Shown one piece after another: positions 40,044-51,431 of a stretch of 64,000 bases of DNA. Made by a program: the position numbers and the translations under genes. Each line of letters opens with the position of its first letter. Within the stretch, counting starts at the first letter, position 1. Under the pieces are notes generated by a model. That model saw nothing but the letters and a program-made list of their open reading frames with translations. It ran no database searches and had not been told where the DNA came from. The stretch is from Proteromonas lacertae (taxonomy: Eukaryota): contig NGBS01001181.1 in the NCBI GenBank assembly GCA_002245135.1, forward strand, positions 1-64,000, given 5' to 3'.

Positions 40044-40208
40044 ATTGATAATCTTCAACAGATATTATTATTTTTCTATATTATTACATAATGAATTTTT
40101 GATATATTTTTGTGTGTATTTTAATAATATTATTAGCCATTCATTAAGAGTTTTTAAAAGAAAAGAGAAATTAAAATGATAGAATTTATAATAATATTCC
40201 TTCTTTAC

Positions 40209-41936
40209 TTATTTATTCATATTAAAGCACCAAAATCCTCCATATTTAGCAAAGAACTGATCACAATACATCACCACTAAGAAAGGTTGACCTAAGAACA
40301 AAGCTAACCACATGATAAAATTACCTCTTCTTTTTCCTCTAAATGGTTCACTCAAGTAAATTAATGGAATTTGCATAATCATTCCCATGAAGAAATAATA
40401 AGTTACGGTCTTCATAGCAACGGAACATACAATCTCATGAATAATACCACTGAAGAAAAACGTACTCATTCTATTCAACATATAATTTAAAAAAAAGAAA
40501 AATAAATAAATATAATTATATTGAATGTTATACGCTGCAATTGGTTTTTGTACACCCAAATAATGTTGAGATTCAACGTAAACATGTCTCAAACACCACT
40601 CATGAACTGGAATATTCCATTTCTTCCAATACATATCTACTGATGTTGTATTCCACCAATCAGTGTAGAAGGCTCTATCTCCCCAGTAGATTAATTCAGC
40701 CCAGAGGTTTAATAAACCGTGAAATACAGTTAAGAAACCAATAATCCATATACAGAAACTAGGAACAGCGATTTTAGCAATACGTAATAACTGATTTTCA
40801 TTAGTGTAAAACACTGGGAATAATAAACTATTTAATAATAATAATAAAGCAATAATTTATACTTGTGTTAATAATATATAAACTAATATACCACCTCCAG
40901 CAGTAATTAATGCTTTTTCTACTACATATGTCTTTCTAATATGATCTCTCATTGGATAAACAGTCTCATAAACTAGTGTTGGTGCTGGTAAAATGAAGTA
41001 TAAATAATGTTTAAAATTGAATGGTAAACATTGTTGTTTTTCTGTATAATAAGAGAGATTGGTAGCAATATAACTGTGGCTCTTTAATGCAATAACTACT
41101 ACCATCATACTAGTTACAGCACTACAAATTGGACTAATAAATAAATAAATAATAAGAATAATAATATGATATATACTTTATTTCTGCAAAAAAGAGATAA
41201 ATATTAGGAACACACAAAAGAATCAACTATTAGATATATATATATATATATATATATGATTTATACTTGGTAGAAAACATATAAAACCATATTAGTTGCA
41301 TGTGAAAATGAATATTTGGTTGATAGAAATAATCCATAATATGGTAATAATGAAAATGGAGTTACAACTATATATATATATATATATTATTATTCTTATA
41401 TATATACATATTGCAACAATAATCATATTAATTAATCCATGATTAAATGTATCACAAGTGAAATGAGTGTATGAAATCTGAAGACCATTCTCTAATATGT
41501 GAATTACAATCTCATATATCATTGCAAATGATGCCATTATAAACACAAGGTTATAAAATCCTTCAAAGTTTTTAATCTTGAGAGCATCAAGTATTTCTAA
41601 ATCTTTCTATTATTTTTCAATATAATGTAAATATAATACGAAATTACTTAAATCCAATTCATCATCGCTTTGAGCAGAATGTGAATGTGGATAAAAACCA
41701 GGCAATGGTTTTGAATTCTTTCTTCTTAGTCTCTTTGAAGTATCTTCATCATCTTTTTTATTTTCATTGTCTTTAATATCTTCTTGAATTGTAGTTCTTT
41801 TTCTTAATCCTCCTTTATCGTCTTTGCCTTTTTTATCTTTTGATTTATTGTTCCCTTCCTCAGGCACTATAAGTGCATCAAGCTGATCACTAGCTTTATG
41901 CAATAATGCAGAAATCTTCGCTAAATCTTGATCCAT
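40209..41936 (-). CDS. MBOAT acyltransferase, DGAT1/sterol O-acyltransferase family
   Basis: GFYNL, LKSHSY, APTLVYE..YP, FHGLLNLWAEL..GDRAFYTDWWN, WKKWNIPVHEWCLRHVY, SGIIHE, GNFIMW..LFLGQP. Confidence 0.88.
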
Positions 41937-42053
41937 TATTCAGAAAAACAAATCGAAAAATCTGTTGATTCAAAACGGATATATTTGCATTATTTGAATC
42001 TACACTCAACGAAAAGACTTATAATAACAATAATAATATTAAAGTGATTTTAT

Positions 42054-42770
42054 TTATACTGGGACAGTATCATATGGTAAGTATTTCTTCTCAACTCCAT
42101 CTTTTTCAATTGTCACAATTCTTACAAAGCCACCTGATTTACTATCTCTACCAATTGAACGCTTGATTAAAGTTCCCATTAATTGTCTAATTTCATCTTT
42201 TGACATATTAGGCTTATAAAATTCATCCATCATACCAAATACGAATGTAGTTCCTGATCCAGATAACATCCAAGGTTCTTCACTGATACATCCATCTATT
42301 TCGATAGCATAAATGTGTGGACCTGTTTCATCATATCCAGCAATCATTACAGATGCAGTTAAATAGTCTTTATTAGCGTAGATCATTTTGCTCATAATGT
42401 GTGCAGCAACTTTAACTGAAGGGATGTGATTTGTTTGTAAACTATATATATAAACTGCATATATCAATACGATAGATAATTTAGATAATTATTAGTGTAT
42501 CTAGCAACTGTTTGAGTATCTGCAGCACTGCCGGAACGAAGACAATATATATTATCTGTAATTTTAGTTATTTTGTCAGAAGCTCTACTGCTAACCATTT
42601 GCCCTATTTTTTAATAATAAAAATACTATTTATACCAGATGTAGTTTTACAATCTGCAACTAAACACACACCATCTTTATAAATTGCAGCACCGATTGAA
42701 GTCTATAATATAGAGAACTAAAATTCAATACACCTGTGGAAACTGGAGTATATGGATCAAAACCTTCCAT
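42054..42770 (-). CDS. PSMB6: 20S proteasome beta-1 subunit
   Basis: Propeptide VSTG/TSIG with catalytic Thr1, DKITKITD, RSGSAADTQ, IAGYD, SGSG, RDSKSGG. Confidence 0.88.
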
Positions 42771-42874
42771 TAAAAAAGAAAGAAGAAAAATTGAAGTTTT
42801 TGTTCTTAGTTTTATAAGAATATAATAATAATTAAGCCTCATCATTCCCAGATCTGATCAAGTCCCAAATAAAA

Positions 42875-45631
42875 ATGTCAGAATCAGAAGAAAAAGATAA
42901 AATATCAGATGAAGAAATAGAGCAAGCATTAGTAGATATAGAAAATGTTGGAGATCAATCAAAAGCTTTTGATACATTGATTAGTGGATATGTTGAGAGA
43001 GAAGACTTTGATAATGCTAGAAGGATTCGAGATATTTTTAGAAGATCGTATGCATTGTCAGAAGGTATGTCATATAAATTTATTATTTTGTAGATCAATG
43101 GTTAGATTGGATTGAGGATGAGATTGTAATAGCAGAAACAGAAGAAGATAATAAATCTATTGAAAAACTTTGTCAATATGCAATTAAAGATGTGTATTCA
43201 GTTTCAGTATGGAAAGATTATTGCGAACATTGTGTTAAACAATATTCTGGTGATGAAAAGAAGATTACTGATTTATACGAAGAAGCAATAAACACAATTG
43301 GAACAAATCTAGAAGATGGTAAAGACATTTATGAATCTTATATCAATTATTTATTATCAAAATATTCACAAGAAAAAAATGAAAGTCAAAAATCAAAAAT
43401 TATCAATCAAATAAGAAATATATATCTTAAACAATTTGCTATTCCATTAAAAGGCAATGAAGAATCTTATGAGCAATATGTTCAATGGGAAAATGAAATA
43501 GGAAATGGAGATGTAAATATAGCAATGAATAAACTAGCACAATCTCAAAGTGAATTTGAAAAAAGAATACCCTATGAAAACGCTATTACTGAAGCAGCAA
43601 TTCGTAGTGAAGAAACAAAGAGTGATGAAGTACCTGTAAAAGAGTGGAAAGATTATATTGAATATATAAAGAGTAATTCAAATGAAGATGAAGTTATTAA
43701 AATGTATGAAAGATGTACAAGTAATGAAGTAAGAAAAGATGATAGTATATGGAATGACTATATTAATTATTATTTAACATGTATTTTTATATTATTATTT
43801 TATATTTTGTAATAGATAAAGGTTTTGATAAAAAGTATTTCTTATCATTACTTAAAAGAGCTTGTAGAGTATTATTAAAACCAATTTATTTCATTTATTA
43901 TATTAATTATAATGAATTATATAATGATGAATATTTATCATTTATTGATAGTTTTTTATCTAGAATAATAAAATACAAAATATTCTATTCTTCAGAAATA
44001 TCACAAATATTATTGGAAGTTGTTCATTCATTCACATCCTATTATAAAACTAACCAAAATACTTTAGATATAAATACTAATAAAGAACAATTCAGTAGAT
44101 TATTAGAATCAATATTTTCATATAAGGAATCTCATCATTTTGATAAATTATATGATAGATATCCATTATATAAATATGCAGCTGTGTTTTACAATGATGT
44201 TTATAATGATATAGAAGATGCTGAAAAGTGTTGGAATGATTTAGGCAAATTATTCACATCATCAACATACTTTTATGTTGATTATTTAAATTGGTTAAAA
44301 ACAATGATTAATAAACATGAATCTAATAAAGAAGAGAAAAATAAATACATTGAACAATGTAAAAATGTAATTAGTTCAGTTATTAGTAATGTTCAATTAG
44401 ATGATTATAAAACTTTTTATGAATTTTGGAAGGATTTTGAATATCAATATGGTGATGTTAATTCATTATTATATTATCATTCTCAATCACAGCCATCCTA
44501 TGAATTTTGGTTAAAACAAATGATTGAGATGGAAAAGACTAAAGAAATTGAGAATCAACAACATGTTGGATTAGGTAAGAAAAAAGAGGGTAAAGATAAT
44601 AGAAATAGTAAATCAAAAGGAAAGAAAGAGAGAATGTCAAAGCCAAAACCTCCACAAAAACAACAACAACAACAACAACAACAACGTGAAAAGAAACCAC
44701 AAGAAAAGAAGCAGAAGAGAAAGATGAGTGATAGTGGTGATAATAATATTAAGAATATCGAAAATCCAACTAAAAAGCAAAGAATTGAAAAAGAAGAACA
44801 AACTGAAAAGATGATGGAAATAGAAGAAGAAGAAGAAGTAAAAGTAAAAGAAAACAAGAAAGATGTAAAAAAAGCAAATAGTATTAAAGAATCAAAAGCA
44901 GAAAAGCAACATCAACAAGAAGTGAGTGAAGATGTTGTAGAAGAATCCACAATATTTATAAAGAATTTATCATTTAAAACAACAGAAGAAGAATTAGCAA
45001 AGCATTTTGAAAAAGTATATTATTATTATTATTATTATTTAAATAGTGTGGTAGAATCTCTCAAGTTAGATTGATATTAAATACAAGAGGATCATCCAGA
45101 GGTATTGCCTATATAGATTTTGAATCTCCAGATTCTGTCAAACAAGCTTTGAAGTTGAATAGATCCACATTAACTGATAGAGTTATTATAGTCCAAAAAT
45201 CTTTACCTCCAGGTGAAAGAGAAGATGTAACTGGTCCATCTGAAAAGCATAGTCATCCAAAGACAATATTTATTAGAAAACTAACAACAAATACTACTGA
45301 AGAAGCAATAAACAAAAAATTTGAGAAATATGGTAAAGTGAATAAGTGTTTATTAGTTACTGATAAGAATCAAAAATCAAAAGGTTATGCTTTATTAGAA
45401 TTTGAAGAAGATGAAAGTGTAGAGAAAGTATTGAATGAAAAAGATATAGAATTGAATGGAAGTAAATTAAGCATTTGCAGATCTAGATATGGTATTAATG
45501 ATAAAGAAGAAGCTAAAAAGAAGAAAGAAGAAGAACTTGAAAAGAAATTTGCTCAACATAAGAAACAAATCCTTCAAATTGTTCCAAGAGCTGTAAAAGC
45601 AAAAATAGAAGCTAAGAATAAAACAAATTAA
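42875..45631 (+). CDS. SART3: U4/U6 recycling factor SART3/Prp24 (HAT repeats plus two RRMs)
   Basis: HAT-like QWLDWIEDE and SVWKDY; RRMs TIFIKNLSF..RGIAYIDF and TIFIRKL..KGYALLEF; C-terminal VPRAV. Confidence 0.8.
44661..44684 (+). repeat. (CAA)n coding repeat (polyQ in SART3-like gene)
   Basis: Eight CAA codons. Confidence 0.9.
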
Positions 45632-45730
45632 ATATATTTCATTATAATTATTATGTGTGATTATTTTATTTCTATTTTATATGTTTAAAAACAAAACACA
45701 AAATTATTTTAAAGAAAATTATTTTATTCT

Positions 45731-47174
45731 TTACTTCTTATTGTACATTCCCCAAGGAGCTAAAGTCACAATTTCTTCAGCAGATGTTGGATGAATAGCA
45801 ATTGTATCATCTAAATCAGCTTTAGTAGCACCCATCTTCATAGCAACACCAAAACCTTGTAATATTTCATCCATTCCAACACCAATACCATGTAAACCAA
45901 TCACTTTTTCATCAGGTAATAAACATATCAACTTCAAAGCTGTTTTTCTCTTCTTTTCAGCAGGTAAACAGAAATCAATCATTCCAGTGAAAGAGGAATT
46001 ATATACTTTTATTTTATCTTTACCATATTGTTTGATAGCTTCATCTTCAGTTAATCCAATAACACCAATAGGTGGATGTGAAAATACTACAGTTGGTACA
46101 TTTGTATAATCCATTGGTTTAGGCATAAATCCACCAAATAATCGATCAGCTAATTTTCTACCAGCTGCAATAGCTACTGGTGTTAAATCAACTTTACCAA
46201 TTAAATCACCAATACAATAAACACCTTCAACATTTGTATTCTCTCTTTCATCTACTATAATATGACCTGATGGTTTTGTTTTAACTCCAATTTTATCTAA
46301 GTGTAAAGCTTCAGTTTCTACTACACGACCTATGGCGAATAGTATCTCATTAAATCCAGAATGTTCTTTTCCATTCACAAATAATGACAAGTTCTTTTCT
46401 CCTTTCTTTTCAACTTTATCAAATTTACATCCAGTTTCAATCTTTACTCCAGCTTTTACCATTTCTTCATGTAATGTTGCTTGAATCATATCATCGAATT
46501 TTCTTAATGGATGATCTCCTCTTATGAATAATGTTACTTCTGATCCTAATCCGTTTAACATTCCTGCCATTTCAACAGCAATATAACCAGCACCAACTAC
46601 AGCTACTTTCTTTGGTAAATAATCCATTTCGAAGAATCCGTTACTGGATATACCATATTCTTTAGCTCCTGGGATGTTTGGGAAGGATGGTCTACCTCCT
46701 GTTGCAATTAAAATGTGTGGTGCTTCTAGTGTTTCTTTACCATCTACTGATATTTTGTGTGGTTCAATAAATGAGGCTGTACCGGTGAAGACTGTAACAC
46801 CTAATTTATCTAAATAAGATTTGTGAATATTGTTTAAACGAGAAACATAACTAAATTGTATATTATGTAAAAAAATAATACGCATCGCGTTCTTCTTTGA
46901 TTTTCTTCCATTCAAACTCACAGTGGTCAACTTTAAATCCATAATGTTCTGACATATGGATTGTTTCATTGATTGTAGATGTATTATACATCACTTTCTT
47001 TGGTACACAACCTACATTAACGCAGGTTCCTCCAAGTCTAGCTTTTTCAATCAATGCTACTTTTGCTTTGTATCCAGCAGCTCGTTTAGCTGCAGCAAGA
47101 CCACCTAAACAATAAAATAAAAAAATCATACCACTACCACCACCAATTACAATGAAATCAAAGGATTTAGACAT
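45731..47174 (-). CDS. GSR: Glutathione reductase
   Basis: [55 protein letters not shown]; two introns. Confidence 0.95.
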
Positions 47175-47652
47175 GATTCTAAAAAATTCTCTACTTTTCT
47201 TTTTCGAAATACTTAAAGAATTGACAAGAATAATTTAAGAAAACAAGAGAAAATAAAAAGGATTGTGGTTGTGGTGCATTATATATAAACATTTTAATAT
47301 GTACTCTTTTTGATTGTTTAATGAACAAATATTCTTCTTTAATAGTAGTGTGAATGATTAATGCTATGCTTAATTATCATTAAAATTGTATTAATCATTA
47401 TGTAATAAGGGAAGATTATATTAATCAAAATAATTCTATTTCTTATTTAGGATATGTAAAAATATATCATTTTTCGTTTATCTATACCAACAATTTACCT
47501 TCATTCACTTTACTTCTTTTGTATTAATCAATTTTTAAATGTAATACAATAAAATTTTGATCGTTTTATCATTCACTTAAATATATAGGTTTATTGTCTA
47601 ATTAAGCCTCCATCATTTTAAATTGTCAAAATCGTTTAAATCTTGTCAAACA

Positions 47653-48037
47653 ATGATAAACCCATTAAACCCTATAGAACAAGCAATACTAACAAGATTT
47701 TCTTGCAACAAATTCAGTAATAGACCTATACCAAATGGATTAATTGAAAGAATACTTAAAATTACTCAAGTATTCATATTCATATATACTATTAACATAT
47801 AGAGAACACCAACATCAATGAATTTACAAAACTATAGAGTTATTGTAGTGAGAGACCCAAAATTAATCGAGGAAGTGAGAAATGCTCAAACTAGTGGTAA
47901 TGTTGTAAAGGCTAAAAATGCTATACCAGTTGTATTTCTATCAGATTTAAAGCCTCGTCTTGCTTTTCCCATGTATATTGATTTAAGTAAAAGAGGAAAT
48001 GTTCCTGATACATTTGTCGCAACTGTTAAGAAATCTA

Positions 48038-48073
<36 letters not shown>

Positions 48074-48478
48074 ATTGATTAATAGTTTCTTTCTTTATGA
48101 TACAAGATTGGTATGATGTTGTTAAAGCTCCAATATCTGCGTTAGTTAGAAAGAAAATGTTATTACCAAAACCTCAAAATGCATTTGTATTTCTTTATAT
48201 GTTATATATGTCAATAGACTTATGGTGAAAAAACAATTGGATTAGTTGTAAGTACTTTTGTAACATTATGTACTTCTCATGGAATTGACACACATATCAT
48301 GGAGTCATTTGCTGATTGGAAAGTACAAAAAGCGTTGAATATTCCTAGTCGTTATCATGCTAGCATAATTGTCTGGTGTGGTTATGGATATGAAGAACCT
48401 AACAAGATGAGTTTGAGATATGATAGTAAAGATGTGATATTTGAAGATTCATTTGGTAATCCATTTATAGTAAGATAG
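47653..48478 (+). CDS. Nitroreductase-family FMN oxidoreductase (copy 1)
   Basis: ILTRFSCNKF, RTPTSMNLQNY, GIDTHIMESF, VWCGY; three introns. Confidence 0.8.
48204..48467 (+). repeat. 264-bp perfect direct repeat, copy A
   Basis: Identical by eye to 49215-49478 (atatatgtcaatag...ggtaatccattta). Confidence 0.9.
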
Positions 48479-48665
48479 TAATTACTTTTATAATTCTTGT
48501 TGCTTTGTTTTGTTTTGGATTTTGGATTCAAAATAATGCCTAAAAAATGGTATAATACAGCTAAAACATATCATTTAAATGTTATCCAATAGAAAAATAC
48601 CGTTACTACCATTTAAATAAACCAAAACACATCATTTTGACAATTTATTGACAATTTAAATAATA

Positions 48666-49489
48666 ATGTCATCTACAACTGAAATTAAAGAGAACGAAGT
48701 TGATAAAACAATAATTTCAAGGTTTTCTTGTAATAAATTTAGTGATAAACCTATAAATAAGGAATTACTAGAATATATTCTTAAATTGACTCAAGTATTT
48801 TATTTTATATTAATAATGTATAGAGAACACCCACTCCATTTAATTTACAGAATTTTAAGATAATTTCTGTTAGAAAACCAGATATAATTACAAAAATTAG
48901 AGAAACTCTAGCATCGGCAAATATGGAAAAGTCAATGAATGCTATACCTGTCATATTTCTATCGGATTTACAACCAAGCGAATCTATGAAAAAATATGCT
49001 GATTTATGTAAAAAAGGAGAAGTTGAAGATGATTTTGTTAAAACTACAAAAGACTTTTGTATAATACATCGTGATATAATTTAATGATATTATAGTGGGA
49101 TATTTTGTAAAAGAAAATTGGTATGACGGTTATAAAACACCAATTGCTGGAATTACTAAAACAAAATTAAACCTTCCTGCTGCTGTACAGACTCTCTTGT
49201 ACTACTTATTTTCAATATATGTCAATAGACTTATGGTGAAAAAACAATTGGATTAGTTGTAAGTACTTTTGTAACATTATGTACTTCTCATGGAATTGAC
49301 ACACATATCATGGAGTCATTTGCTGATTGGAAAGTACAAAAAGCGTTGAATATTCCTAGTCGTTATCATGCTAGCATAATTGTCTGGTGTGGTTATGGAT
49401 ATGAAGAACCTAACAAGATGAGTTTGAGATATGATAGTAAAGATGTGATATTTGAAGATTCATTTGGTAATCCATTTAAACTAAACTAA
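48666..49489 (+). CDS. Nitroreductase-family FMN oxidoreductase (copy 2)
   Basis: IISRFSCNKF, RTPTPFNLQNF; same three intron positions as copy 1. Confidence 0.8.
49215..49478 (+). repeat. 264-bp perfect direct repeat, copy B
   Basis: Identical by eye to 48204-48467, offset 1011 nt. Confidence 0.9.
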
Positions 49490-49699
49490 GAATTAAAATA
49501 ATTTTATTACTTTATTACTTTTTTGTTAATTGCAATATGAATAAGGATAATAAACACAAACCGTCTTAAGAAAAAATGATTTTTAATTTTTTATAATTGA
49601 GGGGAAATTACTGATTATACCAAAATTTAGAAAACCCAGATGTAATGATGAATCAACCTTTACAAAATTACTAAACACACAAAAGTACAAAATATATTT

Positions 49700-50522
49700 A
49701 TGTCTAAATCAACAGAAATCAAAGAAAATGAAACTGACAAAGCAGTTTTAGCAAGATATTCCTGTAGCAATTTTAGCGAAAAACCTATCGAACAAGGGTT
49801 GTTAGAATACATTCTTAAATTAACTCAAGTATAAAATCTAATAAACCTAATTAAATAGAGAACACCAACTTCTTGCAATTTGCAAAGCTATAAGATATTA
49901 ACTGTAAGAAATCCAGAACTGATTGAAAAGGTTCGGGAAGCTCATCATCCATCAAATCACAAAATATCTCAGAATGCTATACCAGTAATATTTTTGTCAG
50001 ATTTACAACCAAGTTATTCATTACCTGAATTTGAGAAATTGTATGAAAATGACAGTAAGAAAGAAGGATTTATGGATTTTGTCAGAAGCTTTAGTATGAT
50101 ATATATTATTATATAACATCATAGTGTCATATTTGATGAAAGAAAGATGGTATCATTTCTATAAAACACCTATTGCTGGAGCTGTTAGGTTTGGTATGAA
50201 TGTACCAGGTGCAATAGATGCATTTGTATTTATATTACTTTATTATGCTATATATATATAGAGTTTTGGTGAAAAAACTGTTGGATTGGTAGTTGGAACT
50301 TTTGTAACACTCTGTGCTTCACATGGCATTGACACTCATATCATGGAAGCATTCTCTGATTGGAAAATACAAAAAGCATTGAATATACCTAGTCGTTATC
50401 AACCAAGTACAGTAGTTTGGTGTGGTTATCGATCTGAAGAACCAACAAAAACCAGTGTTAGATATGACAGTGATTATATCTTGTACGAAGATACTTTTGG
50501 CAATCCATTAAAATTGGATTAA
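49700..50522 (+). CDS. Nitroreductase-family FMN oxidoreductase (copy 3)
   Basis: VLARYSCSNF, RTPTSCNLQSY, GIDTHIMEAF; same three intron positions. Confidence 0.8.
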
Positions 50523-50682
50523 TTAATTGAAAATTATCATCATTAAGCATAAATTTTTATATATTGACAATTATAAAGAATATTAATTGTTTTAAAAACA
50601 TTGTTATATTAATATATCATCTCATTGTAAAGAAAATAAGAAAAACAATATCAAGCAAAAGTTTGTAATTTCATTTTGAAAC

Positions 50683-51283
50683 ATGTCTGATTGGGGAAGA
50701 GTGAATAGAGAAAGAGAAAGAAAAAGAAGGGAAGAAGAACAAAAAAAGCGAATTGAAGCAGAGGAAGCTAGATTATCTCATGATGGGAAGGTTGTTGTAC
50801 CTGCTGTTGTATTTAGATATGTCATGTCATACTTTTAGAAAAATATAGATCCATGTTTAATAAATTTTGGTGACACTCTTCGAAAAAGACTAATTTTTGG
50901 TATTTGTACTGGTTTATCTACTGGTTTCTTATGTGGGGGATGTATTTATATTTAGCTTATGTGTATTATAAATAGATTTTTCATTTTTAAATGACGAAGG
51001 TAAGTTACAATTGTCACATTCAAAACATTTCATAAGAAATAGTTTGAAATCAATTGGAAATGGAATGATGCTTTTCACTGGTTTTAGTGTAGTGTATGTA
51101 TTAGCAAAGTATGGGATTATGTACGCTAGACAGAAATCTGGCTTCATTAATAATGTTGGTGGCATAATTGTTGCTGGAATTCCATTTTACAGAAGTGCTT
51201 TTTAAAGAAGAGGGTTTATATTTGTTGCAGGTTTGATAATGTATGATGTAGTAACAGATTTTGCAGTCTTGTTTAAGAAATAA
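50683..51283 (+). CDS. Tim17/Tim22/Tim23-family mitochondrial membrane protein
   Basis: DPCLINFGD, Gly-rich helix FGICTGLSTGFLCGG, YARQKSGFINNVGG (resembles R.K.D..N...AG). The 3' end is ambiguous because of TAA at 51203-51205. Confidence 0.55.
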
Positions 51284-51431
51284 TACTTTAATATCTTTTC
51301 TTTTATTAACTCTTATTGTTGTTTTTCTTTTTATCTTCTATCTAGTGATTGAAAATCGTTTTAAACATTTTGGGTTATCCAAAATTATAAAAAAAATATA
51401 ACCGAAAACAGTTTTCTTTTAAATTTTTGGA

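Noticed and set aside
48204..49478. LTR pair or CRISPR-like repeat
   Set aside because: The repeat coincides with the last exon of two paralogous genes and has no TG..CA ends or spacers.
12953..51205. Reassignment of TAA to a sense codon
   Set aside because: Only two candidate in-frame TAAs, both at homopolymer boundaries, while TAA terminates most genes and long exons contain none.
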